DNA from: Octopus sinensis
Lineage: Eukaryota
Direction: 5' to 3'
DNA length: 64,000 bases
Assembly (NCBI RefSeq): GCF_006345805.1
Contig: NW_021833292.1
Coordinates: 1 to 64,000, forward strand
Of the stretch, positions 26,610 to 39,522 are shown piece after piece. The notes beneath the pieces are model-generated. The model was not told where the DNA came from. It was given only the letters and a program-made list of their open reading frames with translations, and searched no databases. How positions within the stretch are numbered: the stretch's first letter is position 1; every line of letters starts with the position of its first letter. The position numbers and the translations under genes were made by a program.

Positions 26610-26610
<1 letters not shown>
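26404..26610 (+). mobile_element. HHR-bearing short element (Penelope pLTR / retrozyme-like), copy 1
   Basis: Collinear with 42977-43181. HHR-like motif 26476-26513: TCTTT-CTGTTGA-A-GAGC GTAG GCTC-GAAAC-GTT^AAAGA. 3' end abuts (TA)n. Confidence 0.6.
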
Positions 26611-26651
<41 letters not shown>

Positions 26652-26760
26652 AAAGCATTAAGATTCAAGTCAATTCCAATGAATTTACTTGAAATGCGGT
26701 ACTTAACTTAGATGCACCAGAAAACTATATGGTGTTAACCATACAGTAAATGTGGGTGAT

Positions 26761-26920
26761 TATAAACGAGAAAGAAGCAACAATAATGGTTAGTTTTTAG
26801 TACAATTGTTTCATACAAAGTCAGGCTTTATTAAAAGTTGCAACTTTAATAAAGCCTGTCTTTGTATGAAACAATTGTACTAAAAACTAATCCATTCTTG
26901 TTGCTTCTTTCTCGTTTATA
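26761..26920. repeat. About 160-bp near-perfect palindrome
   Basis: Centre GTTGCAAC; arms differ by 2 substitutions and 2 single-base indels. Confidence 0.9.
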
Positions 26921-26939
26921 TATATATATTAATAAATAA

Positions 26940-27362
26940 AACATGCATATATATATATACATATATGTACGTACCTACCTCTACATGTATATATACACAC
27001 ATATATGAGTACAGGACACCAAAAAAAACGTCGAACACAATGAGAAACGAAAACATAGACACAAAACCAAGGAACTGGACATTTTTCTTAAACAACAAAA
27101 AAATAGAGTACAGGACAAATAACACAAGGAAAAAACCTCTTCTTCAGTCGCCATGGTTTCATCTACTCTACGTTTCGAAGGTGAAGGCGAAGGTGTTATT
27201 TGTCCTGTACTCTATTTTTTATTATTTTAGAAAAATGTCAGTTCCTTGGGTTTGTGTCTATGTTTTCGTTTCTCATGTGTTGTTCAACGTTTTTTTGGTG
27301 TCCTGTACTCATATATGCGTGTATATATACATGTAGAGGTAGGTACGTACATATATATATAT
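26940..27362. repeat. Long inverted repeat (arms about 26940-27125 and 27192-27362)
   Basis: GTACGTACCTACCTCTACATG...GAGTACAGGACAAATAACAC is mirrored, with a 66-bp spacer. Confidence 0.85.
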
Positions 27363-27376
27363 ATTATATATATATA

Positions 27377-27410
<34 letters not shown>

Positions 27411-27473
27411 TATGTTTTATTATTATATATTATATGACGGAACGCATGCATCCCTTTCTAAGTAAGATGTTCT

Positions 27474-27531
<58 letters not shown>

Positions 27532-27533
27532 TA

Positions 27534-27565
<32 letters not shown>

Positions 27566-27715
27566 TACGAAAGGCTTCTTACAGTTTCCGTCTACCAAAT
27601 CCACTCACAAGGCTTTGGTCGACCCGAAGACACACCTGCCCAAGATGCCACGCAGTGGGACTGAACCCGGGACCATGTGGTTGGTAGCAAGCTACTTACC
27701 ACACAGCCACTCCTC
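27566..27715 (-). mobile_element. SINE family A, 5' part
   Basis: Head and part of the core. Confidence 0.75.
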
Positions 27716-27825
27716 AATAGGATTTACAATGATATAATGTACCCATGAAAATAATCGTTGGGAACAACTGTAGTGAATTGTTACCTATCCATCGCTTCTT
27801 ATTCATTTATACATATTATATAATT

Positions 27826-27877
<52 letters not shown>

Positions 27878-27878
<1 letters not shown>

Positions 27879-28355
27879 GCGGTTCGGCCATAGAGACCGA
27901 TAGAATAAGTACTGGGCTTACAAAGAATAAGTCCCGGGGTCGATTTGCTCGACTAAAGGCGGTGCTCCAGCATGGCCGCAGTCAAATGACTGAAACAAGT
28001 AAAAGAGAAAAGAGAATACACCGTGTTTACGTCCTCGTCACTTAGCGGTTCGGCAAAAGAGCCCAATAGAATAAGTACTGGGCTTACAAAAGAATAAGTC
28101 CCGGGGTCGATTTGCTCGACTAAAGGCGGTGCTCCAGCATGGCCGCAGTCAAATGACAAACAAGTAAACGAGAAAAGAGAATACACCGTGTTTAAGTCCC
28201 CGTCACATAGCGGTTCGGCAAAATAGACCGATAGAATAAGTACTGGGCTTACAAAGAATAAGTCCCGGGGTCGATTTGCTCGACTAAAGGCGGTGCTCCA
28301 GCATGGCCGCAGTCAAATGACTGAAACAAGTAAAAGAGTAAAGAGAACACACCGT
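27878..28355 (+). repeat. Tandem array of about 165-bp units (x3) derived from the SINE A 3' half
   Basis: AGCGGTTCGGC recurs at 27878, 28044 and 28209. Confidence 0.9.
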
Positions 28356-28879
28356 TTATCGAATACATAAACAAACATCAACAGAAACATAGACACATTT
28401 ATCAAATGTAAAGAAGCACGGACAAACACGGAAAAGTATGTACCGTCTTGGAGGTCAGCTGTCTGCTGATATGAATATCATTTTGAAAATGATAGAAAAA
28501 GAGAATCATTTTGGAGAGAGCATCATTTCGAAACCACCAGCTTCTATATTTCAGACTATAAATTCACATTTATTCCAGCAATATTTGGTGCACACACATT
28601 TGAGACTCAATAACTAAGTGTCAATTTGGATAGGCTATGGTTTTCAGACATGGGAATCCGCCAACTGGTACATTACATATGCAATCTGTAATAGGAACTG
28701 TAAAAACATGCAATATTTTCCTCAAGTTTAAAATGTGATGTCTTTATTCTCTACGTTGAAACGTTGCAGGGTTGTGTCAATGTTAAAAGCCAGCTCTTTC
28801 TTCAGAGAAAGTATTTTAATAACACATACATCCATAATACACATGTATATGTGCACGTATATATGTTGTGTGTGTATCA

Positions 28880-29166
28880 ATCTACCTATCTATCTATTTA
28901 TCTATGTATATAATATATATATATATATATATATACTATACATAGATAAATAGATAGATAGTAGATTGATACACGGTGGTGGTAGATTGATATATATATT
29001 ATATATATATATATATAAATAATATATATATTATATAATATATATGTGTGTATGTGTATGTATGTATATATATATATAAATATATATAATATATATATAA
29101 ATATATATATATATAATATATATATATAAATGTATGTATGTATATATTATATATATAATATATATA

Positions 29167-29197
<31 letters not shown>

Positions 29198-29345
29198 AAT
29201 ATAATAAATATATATATATACATATATATGTATAATACTTATATATGTATAGATATAAATACATATATATATATATATGTATGCATATATAATTATATAT
29301 ATATGTATATACATATATATATTTATATATACATGTGTATATATA

Positions 29346-29412
<67 letters not shown>

Positions 29413-29420
29413 ATGTATTA
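28880..29420. repeat. (TA)n-rich microsatellite
   Basis: Directly visible. Confidence 0.95.
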
Positions 29421-30397
29421 TCTATGTATATAATATACATATGAGGAGAAAGTGCTGAAAAGCAAAAGAAGAGGAAAGATCGAGATATAAAGAAGGTATT
29501 TTATATATAAACATATAAAGAAGGTGTGTCTTTAGTAAACTCTGAATATTACTCACGCTGTGTAAAGTAGATAATGCGATTTCCACCAGATGTTTATCTA
29601 ACTGTGATCAGGAAAAGGAATAACCGATATCTGATGAATCGATAACGATAAAAAAAATAATAATGCTGAATATGGGCGGATCAATTTTTATTTTTTATTT
29701 CTTTTAATTTTTTTTTTTTTGTGCTACTAAAAATAAAAACAATTCTTTCTCAACTTTTCACAAGGCATATATGTACTCACTATAAATATTCTTGTAGTAC
29801 CATATAATATATACGAAGACATTTATACACGCACAGACACAATCACATGCGCACATGCTCACACAATATAGATTATATATATACACACACACAAACACAC
29901 ATATATATATACAGACATATATATATATATATATAAATGCACACACACAGACATATATATATATATATTTGTATGTATGTATGCATGTATATATATATAT
30001 ATATGTATATATATGTATGTATGTATGTATGTATGCATGTGTGTATGTACGTATGTATATGTGAATTGAGTAGCTGTCCATCACAAAATTCAGAATCGCT
30101 TTTCTGCACTTTAATAACAAAAAAGAAATGCGTAGAATATATATGCGTATTTCAACAGTTTCTAATATTTCAATTTATTAAGGTGGTGATCTAGTAGAAT
30201 CATTTTTACGACGTAGCATTTCGTCCCTCTCCATGTCCTGACTTGATATTCTGCCGTGATCGACTTTACCATTCATCTTTTCGGGGTGGATAAATGAAAT
30301 AACAGCAAAGTATTTGATCGATGCTATCGACTTATCTGTTCGCTCAAACACTGCTGTCACGTGTTAAAATTTGAAATCATTATTATTATTATTATTA

Positions 30398-30429
<32 letters not shown>

Positions 30430-30960
30430 ATTAATATTACACACACACATGTATATATATATATATATACATATACATACGCACGCGCATATATCTCTAC
30501 CTCACAGCATCGGTTCACTGTTCCATTAAGTTAAGATGTACTATAAACGTAGCCCATCTAGCGAGAGATAAATATCATTTAATGTACACAGCATGATAAA
30601 AAAATAAGGATAGGAGGTACTAATAATTTCTTGATGTGGAAACACGTGTTTGGGCAGATGTTATAATAAGCCCTGTGTCTCCAAAGCTCTAAGTACAAAG
30701 CCTCTTCTATTTTCAATGCCTTTTGAATCTGAAAATTTGGACGCTGTCGCATGGGAAATTACGAGAAAATGCGGCAAGATTAATGCAAAAGTTGAAAGCT
30801 AAATAAAAGCAAAAAAGTAAGAAAAAGAAGGAAAATTAGAGTTGCAGCCCCTTTGAAGTAAAATCTATAATAAACCTAGTTGTAGAGAGGGGTCCAAAAT
30901 CTCAGGGACAGTTGTTCAATCCCAAGAGAGTCGTGTCCCCCAGTCGCCTAAACAAACATC

Positions 30961-31452
30961 CATATTCTTCCATTTGCTGAAAATTTCGGATCTTGAATTA
31001 TGTAGTGCGATGGTATTCTTAGGTCTAAAAGGAATATGCAGTTTTTCAGCTATGCATAAGTTGCATTTTTAGATCCATTTACATATGTCATGGGATTTCT
31101 CTGCGATTCTCCACTTCATTTTATACAGTGTGTAGTTGATCTTGGAAACTCCATACGTGGATTGCCAACTTAGTAGGTTTACTTTTGTTGATGTGCTTGA
31201 ATGAGTGAATGAATAATGCTTATTTCATCTACCATATGAATACAAAGTTGATATAGGCTGTATTTGAACTAGCCAAACGTGGTTAACCAGCTTAGTGGTT
31301 TTACTTTTGTTAATGTGCCGAACAGAAAACTGATGGTTTGCATAATGTCTTTTGAAATCGTTTTTGCTTAAATCGATGTAATTTTCCTCTTTGGTTACGT
31401 TATTTTGAAGCATTGCTGTGACTTCTTCCTCATATGCAACGGAGTTTATCAT
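30961..31452 (-). pseudogene. Penelope-like element, GIY-YIG endonuclease C-terminal fragment
   Basis: YIDLSKNDFKRHYANHQFSVRHINKSKTTKLVNHVW ... KMKWRIAEKSH ... KCNLCIAEKLHI...LHNSRSEIFSK, with frameshifts. Confidence 0.85.
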
Positions 31453-32254
31453 GCACGCATGGTCAAGTGGGCAGGTTTCTCTCTCTCAAAATCCATATAA
31501 ATGTGAATTCATAAATATATATATGACTGCTCGCTTTGTAACTACGTGCTTTCAGGTTCAACTCCAGTGTGCAGCACCTTGAGCAAGTTTCTTCTTCTAC
31601 AACGCTAAGTCAACCAATGCCTTATGAATGAATATTGATGGAGACTGGCCATTGTGCACACACTCACACATACGCACACACACACAACACACACACACAC
31701 AAACACAAAATACACAGGTATGTATATGTGGGTATCTTTGCACTTGTTCATCCATTGCTTTACATTCAGTGTTCCTTTGCTTACGTCCGATTAATTTAAC
31801 AGACTAAATTTGCTCCAGCATGGTTGTGAACCAATGATTATAACGTAAACGAATAAAGGTAGAAGAAAAAATATATTGACAAAGCCTATTTTCTGTCGAA
31901 TCGATTGAGCTGATTTAAGTCTCATTTATCGATAATATTAGCATGAAATGCAAAATTACCATCGGCAGTATTAAAACCTTGACTGAATAAAAATGGACAA
32001 AATTAAACTCAATGAAACCGAAATTTCATAGTTTTTATAGTTACCGTTATAAATCCAGATCAGTCCCAAACGAGCATTCTTATGAAAATATCATTCCAAA
32101 AGTTATAATCTAATGTTTTATTTTTTTCTGATTTTATGACTATAAAAGTGCATTGTCAAATAATAGCAGGTCTGACGTGTTTATTGTTATTAAAGATTTA
32201 AAATGATAATGTGAAGAAAAAATCTTCTCTAACTGGTATTGAGTAGAGAAAAAG

Positions 32255-33127
32255 ATTGAGTTATCCCATAAATAATGCGTTTTTTTCATACTTGTTGTTT
32301 CAAAATTAAGATAAAGTTCTTTTTTAATATAAAATATACTCTCTTTCATTTTCTACAATACTCTTCCATCTATCTGGTAGACCTGCAACGCCCCGATTCC
32401 AAAATTCACTTCTCCGTGGCGAAAAATACTCCTCCATTACTGTTCTGACCTCGTGTATAGAATTCAAATATTTTTCGTCCAAATGATTTTGAAAACGCGG
32501 AATAAGTGATAATCTGATGGATTAATGTCCGGCGAATATGGTGGGTATGCTCCAGCCTTTGGAATGTCATCCTCGCAGGATGTGGCTGAATATTATCCTG
32601 ATGGAAGGACACCTTTCGTTTTGAAATCAAAGATGGTCGATTTACGATAGCACGCAGATGTCAATGAATGGTTCCTCAACAGTTACCATGCTAGTTCCTC
32701 AACAGTTACGATGAGATTTTGTTCCATCAAAGTTTGAACATCTACAGATCTTCCAGGACGAAGCTCGTCTTCTAGGTCGTAATTTCCGGATCGGAATTTC
32801 TGGAACCACCGTTGACACTGGTTTACACTTATTGACCGACCCCCAATATACTGCATTAATATTCCTCGCACTTTTCGTTGCGTTGTTGCTTGTATTGAAC
32901 TCATAAAGCAAAATATGGTGAATATGCTCCTTTGCCTCTTCTATTAAAGCTTTGAAAAAATAACTGTTAAAATCGAACTGCACACTTCAAAACTTGCTCT
33001 ATTAATCAGGAAAATGTAAAATTACTACCTGCTTTTATAGCAAGTTGAGGCAGGTAGTTTATCCCGTCCCTTCCGACTTTTGGTTCATGCAATTGAAAAA
33101 ACTGCGTTATTTATGGGATGACCCAAT
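32255..33127 (-). mobile_element. Internally deleted mariner (D,D34D type) transposon
   Basis: TIRs (T)ATTGGGTCATCCCATAAATAA at both ends. N-terminal KEHIHHILLYEF...QCQRWFQKFRSGNYDLEDELRPGRS and C-terminal FHQDN...YPPYSPDINPSDYHLF...LPDRWKSIVENEREYI. Multiple frameshifts; the first catalytic Asp region is missing. Confidence 0.92.
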
Positions 33128-33674
33128 ATAAGTAAGGAACCAATCATAGTTCGACAAAAAATTGTACTGATATCTGTTTTTAGGTTTCTTATCTGTAAAT
33201 ATTCGTTTACTGTTCTTTAAAATGTACGATGTTGAACTATTCTATTTTACCAAGCGTAAAGTATTGGGAAATCTGTAAAGGGGCTCTACTTTTAGGCAAG
33301 TTAGCATTTTTGGAAAATCTTAATGCACAATGCAATCGATTTTGAAAAGACGTTGTAATCAACTTACCATCCGTTTCGCAAGAAAATTATGTAGCAGGTG
33401 AGATAATTGCAAAGGAAGTGAAACCACACATCGAAGGCCAATGCGTTAAACGTATTTAGCTGTTGCTGTACGAATTTCATCTTCAGAGTAAAAGAAATTG
33501 ATTGCATGAGAATATTATTTGGTCATATTGGGCAGTTTCTGACCTTATAAAAACATTGCTAACGATATCAAAGTCTTTTGGAAAGAAGCAGGTTCAGAAT
33601 TTCTATTTTATCTGTGAGCTGTAGACGTGGCAACTGATACAGCAATTACGATACATTTGGCGATGTTTGCATAC

Positions 33675-33819
33675 CTTGCTATACTCGAAGATTTATTCCT
33701 ATCGGCATTGATGCTTGAGATTACAAAATGTAATGAGGATTCTTCAGAGATTAAATCAACAATAACTAACTCTGATTCACCATGCGATAAAATTACACGA
33801 GTTGTGGACGGTCTATGAT
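33675..33819 (-). CDS. Candidate internal exon (unknown protein)
   Basis: tatttttgtatttttatag|AT...GCAAG|gtatgc. 145 nt, open frame HRPSTTRVILSHGESELVIVDLISEESSLHFVISSINADRNKSSSIA. Confidence 0.25.
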
Positions 33820-35499
33820 CTATAAAAATACAAAAATAAAAGAAATGTGAACTGCGTTTTAACATCATAATAGAGCTGCAGTATTAGTCATCGATAATTG
33901 TATTAATTTGGACATTCTCTAAGAAAAAAAATAATTATGAAAATGGCAATGAACTGCATTATGCTTATAAGAATCTGAAAGTTTAAAAATCAATTGAGAG
34001 ACATCTAAGAGGAAAGTAATGAATTATTGTCAGGTTTCTTGATCAGGTTTGTTAGTTAAACGAAGAACGGAGGCCTGAGCACTAGTATAAATTAGAATTG
34101 GTGGAAAACATTCCGTTTTTGTCAAAGAATTTCTAATTATATCATTAAAATATGAAAAAGGTTTTCAGATTTCACATTTGTTATCATTATTGTTAGTCGC
34201 GCAAACGATATACTATTGAAAATTAATCGGTTTATTACCTTGATTCTTACCAATGATAGGAGTTGAATCAAAGCTATACTGCAGTTCATAATTTAACAAA
34301 AGAAAAAAAAAACATCAAACTAAAACACGTCCTGGTATACGCTTCTCATTCCACAAAAGACTGAATTCAAAATCGATGGTGAAATTTTCTGCAGATTATT
34401 TCAGTCTAGTTAATCAATTTCAAAATTTATTTCGACATTTAAAATAATGCCGAGCTCCAATTACGAATATGCGAAACTTCTTTTGATGTAATGCCAAAGG
34501 AAACTATCGTTTCCTTGAAATTCGACTTTATTGGATAATACTTTGATGTCCGAATTTAATAGCTGATCTATTTTGATATACTAGAACACCACATGGGAAA
34601 ATATCCACTTTTGAAGAGTCACGCATGGTAAGCCGCATCTATATTTTGAACTACTTTCCAAGATACTTGCATTTCTACATTACAGTGACATAGATCAATG
34701 CGATAAGGTCACATATATACATAGTTACAATCACTCTTCGGGTAAATCTATGGAATCTAAATGGTGAGGTCAGCAGGTCATTGGAAAAACGAACCAGCTG
34801 TAGTTTGTAACGTACAACACTTTCTATGCTTGTACATTCATCCCCATTACAAATAGGGAAATGGCGCCATCATTGTCACAAATTTTGATGGAAGAGTAAG
34901 AACTATGTACGATGTATTCAATAATATTGATGACCACATAGACGTCTGGATAGAACAATTTAGTAACTGAGGACTCCCTCTTCTACTATGTTTCCAAACC
35001 AGGTAAAAGGCGAGGGTGAAGACAGCACTATTTTCTATAGGAAATTTCGACTCTATCTGATCACAACTATAAATTTAGCCTCCATACTAGTGCCAGTCAA
35101 CACACACCGTATAATTTTACTCTCATTAATTGTATGATGCTGTGCAATACTGTATTGGACTACCAGTTTCCAACAACTTCAATGTTTTGTGGAAGTTATC
35201 GGCTACACCACACAATATTTTCAAAACGTTTGTGGACTTTGAAGACTTTAATTTAACTTGCACATTTCTGAGAATGATTTCCAAGATGTAATTATATCTC
35301 TTGTTGAAAGGATGTAAACTGTTGTTGTATTACACAATAATGTGTGTATACACATCATCTAATATGAAAAAGTATCGTATACGGAAAAAAGGACAGAATA
35401 CAGAAAGAAAATAAAACAATATTATATTAAAAAAGAAAGCGACAGGTCCTCATAGGATAACATCCAGCTGGAAGCACCATAACTCTCGTTTACACTTAC

Positions 35500-35609
35500 T
35501 GCAGGGGGCAGTGTCATCTCACAGCTCTGTTCTCCATGCTTACAGATGCATACAACCCATTCTCTTGCATCATACTCGTCATTCTCATCTGCACCTTCCA
35601 CCGAATCAA
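35500..35609 (-). CDS. Candidate internal exon (unknown protein)
   Basis: gctccctag|TT...CCTGCA|gtaagt. Open frame DSVEGADENDEYDAREWVVCICKHGEQSCEMTLPPA. Confidence 0.2.
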
Positions 35610-35818
35610 CTAGGGAGCATCTGAAACTCCTTGAAATTGATTATGGCTTGACCGACCTGGAATGTGTTATTAACCCGTTTAATATTGCCCAAGTGTATCC
35701 TGTTTAGCCATAACCACTAAACATAGGAAGACTGACTGTTCTTACCGCGTAAAAAATGGCGGTCGAGCAATATTCACTATAGATGCTGCTAAAACTGGAT
35801 CTGTTCTATAAAACACAG

Positions 35819-36250
35819 CTCTTTTACTTGTTTCAGTCATTTGACTGCGGCCATGCTGGTGCACTACCTTTATAGTCGAAGAAATTGAACCCATGACTTA
35901 TTCTTTGTAAGCCTAGTACTTATTCTGTCAGCCTCTTTTGCCGAACCGCTAAGTTACGGGGACGTAAACACACCGGCATCGGTTGTCAAGCGATGCTGGA
36001 GTGGGGTGTACAAGCAGACACCCAAATGTACACACACACACACACATATATATATATACGTATACGACGGGCTTCTTCCAGTTTCCGTCTACCAAATCCA
36101 CTCACAAGGCTTTGGTCGGCCCGAGGCTTATTGTATTTATTATTTTTACAATAGGACAAAATTTATATAGCCTCAGGCCGCACAGTGGGACTAAACCTGG
36201 GACCATGTGGTTGGTAAGCAAGCTGCTTACCACACAGCCACTCCTGCGCC
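35819..36250 (-). mobile_element. SINE family A with an internal local rearrangement
   Basis: Full head and tail; core replaced at about 36127-36175. Confidence 0.8.
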
Positions 36251-36849
36251 TACTCTGTTTAACATAAATTTACAAATCAGCATGCATGAGCACCAAACGA
36301 CTGCGTGCAGGACGATTTGGTTTCTTTGCGTGCATTACACGAATTACGAGGCTACTAGACCCCTAGCGCCTATCGTGAACCGGCAATATTCTGCTGCAGT
36401 ATTTCCAGGACATATACAAGTTGCAAACTCTCCGTCTTCTTCAAAATTCATGGGCTGATGTAATATCAATCCCAAATCCCGATTATAAAAGCGTCACGCG
36501 CGTATGACAATAATTGCAGATGTCAGGGAGAAAAATCATTGATTTTGCTTGACCAAATACTGTAGTTCTGTCAAAGAGACTAACCTTCTATATTGATTTA
36601 GTTGATAGACGGCGACCACATCTTAACTCGCAAGAATCTTTTTAGATGCAGAAGCTCAATGTGGACTTGCACAACCTTAGCCGCAGCGTATGATGATATT
36701 GAAGATAGGTTTTCATTTCATCAAGATAACTTTAGCTTGTAATAGTTTGACTTGAATTCAGCATTTTACTGTTAACTGGTTTCTCACCGATTCAATTGGC
36801 AACACAGTTAGAATTGGAAGTAATTTAGTGCGACCCTTTTATGAACTCC

Positions 36850-37103
36850 GTGGAGACGCGTGGCTTAGTGGTTAGGGTGTTGGACTCATGATCGTAAGGC
36901 TATGGTTTCGATTCCTGGATCGGGCAATGCGTTATGTTCTTGAGCAAAACACTCCATTTTCACGTTGCTCCAGTCCACTCAGCTGGCAAAAATGTGTAAT
37001 CCTGCGACGGACCGGCGTCCCGTCCCAGGTGGGGAATTTCTACGCCACTGAAACCCAGAAACTGGCCCTTATGAGCCTGGCATGGCTCGAGAAGGAAAAT
37101 TTT
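36850..37103 (+). mobile_element. tRNA-derived SINE family D
   Basis: TGGCTTAGTGG A box, GGTTTCGATTCC B box; homolog at 57922-58167. Confidence 0.8.
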
Positions 37104-39379
37104 TTATGCACGCCGCTTAGTTGTTCCACACCACCAGCATCCTCAACACTCACTACCACCGTCGTCAAAGTCACTGTCACTAAAGCTACCGCATCCATCA
37201 CCATCGCCATCGCCATCGCTAAAAACAATGGTTTACTGAGCTGAAGATTGAGTGTCTATGTAGGAAATTGCTGTAAAGTCTGCCGTATTTCATACACCAT
37301 ATTGTTTTAAGAATAACAGAATATACTGAAAAATGCAGTAGATAAATAGCATCTAATAATAAAGGCCGGGACATCTTTGGTTATAAATCTGCTTTTTTAC
37401 GCTAATTTGAAGCCGAGAAGCAACGCACACAAGACAAAAACGCCAACAAATATCACAACAACAACAACGAGCCAATGGATGAAGAACTTTATGCGTTCGC
37501 TCGCACTACGGGAAACAAAAGCGGAACCTTCCTCATACTCTATCTTATCATCTGAAAAAACATGAGTGATATATTGAAAAATATAGTTCTTGATACACAA
37601 TACGTGTAAAAAAATGGTATGGAGATGGCTAAAATATCTTAATCAGTGCTGACCTGAGGGTAAACAACAGCGTCAACTACCGGTGTTTTTGAAGATGAAA
37701 TGTTTTTCCATGTAACTACGCTCGCGAACGTATTTCTATTATATATAATTTTCCTTTTTGTGTGTAACCGATTTAGTTTTTCTCTTTTAACCTGCAGCTG
37801 ACTCAGCATGTATCAAAATAACTTGCTAAAAAAAACAAAAAAAAAAGAAAGAAGAGGCAATAAATAAACAAGACAAGACAAAATACTGGCAAAAAAAGAA
37901 AATAAATAACGGTAAGAAAAAACTACAACAGCATTTTAGAACAAGCAAAACATTCTAGTTTTTATATTTGATTAGTAATCATTGATCAAGTGATTTGGAT
38001 TTACTAGCTTCAGCAGTTTCTGTGGTGCTAGAGGCGACATTCATGTAATCAATCAAGCGAACTGAACAAAAACAGAGGCACCTAATTTTCTGATGGTTCG
38101 ATGTGTTGGGTGTTGCAGATGTATTTAGTTGTAGTGCACAGAAAATATCAAGTTTAGAAATAGGAGGGTTAAAAGTATGTATACATAACGAAATCATACG
38201 CTATGAAGAAACAAACTAATGAAATTAGAAAAAACAAAAGGAAAGAAAAAGAAAATAAATAAAATAATGATTAAATAAATAAATAGGGGAAAGACACAAG
38301 AAAGATGCATTTAATGTAAGCAAAACAACATCTTTGCAAACCAACAACTGAAAACAATAAACCGTAGTGTGTAGCCACGGGATATTGACAAGATGTATAA
38401 TATAACGAAGATCCAGCGAAAATATAAACACAACAGAATATATAACTATAGGGTGGAGATAACGAAAGAATTAAAGTTAATCTATACATGGGAAAATGCA
38501 AAACTCTCCCAATGGGAAAATCTAATTAAAGAGTAAAACATATGGTCGTTAACTGTGGCAATGTAGGATGAGATACCAATATGAAAATCAACAGGATCAA
38601 ACAAAAGTCGTAGTTATCACACAGCAACATCGACAGTTAACAAACGGAAAACTTTGAAAACTCTCATATACGATAGATGAAAACCCACAAATCAGTTAAT
38701 GGCATGGAACAATAGCCAACCTGGAATTATAAAAACTAAATACTAACGAAAGTAAACAAAACAGGACAAAACTAAAAAAAAAAAACATAACATAAAAAAA
38801 AAAAGTGCATTTAAAATATTTCTCTTCTGTAATAAAAAACAGTTTTTACATAAATAAGAAATAAGAAAATAAGCAACAGAAATCCCCAAAGTTTAAACAT
38901 GATTGAAGTAAAAGTTCTCTGCAAATTCACAAAGAATTTGTAGATATGAGAAGCAGTAAAGGTTTTATGACCAAAATGAACACTTTATCACCAGCAACAA
39001 ACAGCATGTGGAAATGATTGTTTAAAAAAGAAATAGAAGTAACCATAAATAAGAAATAGATGTATTTTGAAGGAAAAGTGTTGATAGAAAATGATGGAAT
39101 AACATCTTTAAGAAAGTATAAAACAAAACTTCAGAACTAAACTCGTAATATATACGGAGACAATTACATAGTTACTGCATAGAACTACCAAATGGTAAGC
39201 TCTTGGAACAGACTGCGTTCCACACCAAAGGAAACAAAAAATAAAAAGAAGCAATATTTACCAGGTATAAAAATAGCAAGCGTAAGTGAACCGCTACGTT
39301 GTTTGTCTTGAGATATAAATAGCAGTGTCTGATTGAGCAGATATACAGTGAAAGGTTTCAAGTTAATCATCGCATACTT

Positions 39380-39471
39380 TTGCACCTTGGGCAAGTGTCT
39401 TCTACCATAGCCTCGGGCCGACCAAAGCCTTGTGAGTGGATTTGGTAGGCGGAAACTGAAAGAAGCCCGTC

Positions 39472-39522
<51 letters not shown>

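Noticed and set aside
27878-28355. CRISPR-like periodicity
   Set aside because: Eukaryotic context; whole units repeat with no unique spacers.
29631-29655. CTGATGA-ATCG ATAA CGAT-AAAA hammerhead-like start
   Set aside because: GAAA, helix III and helix I are missing.
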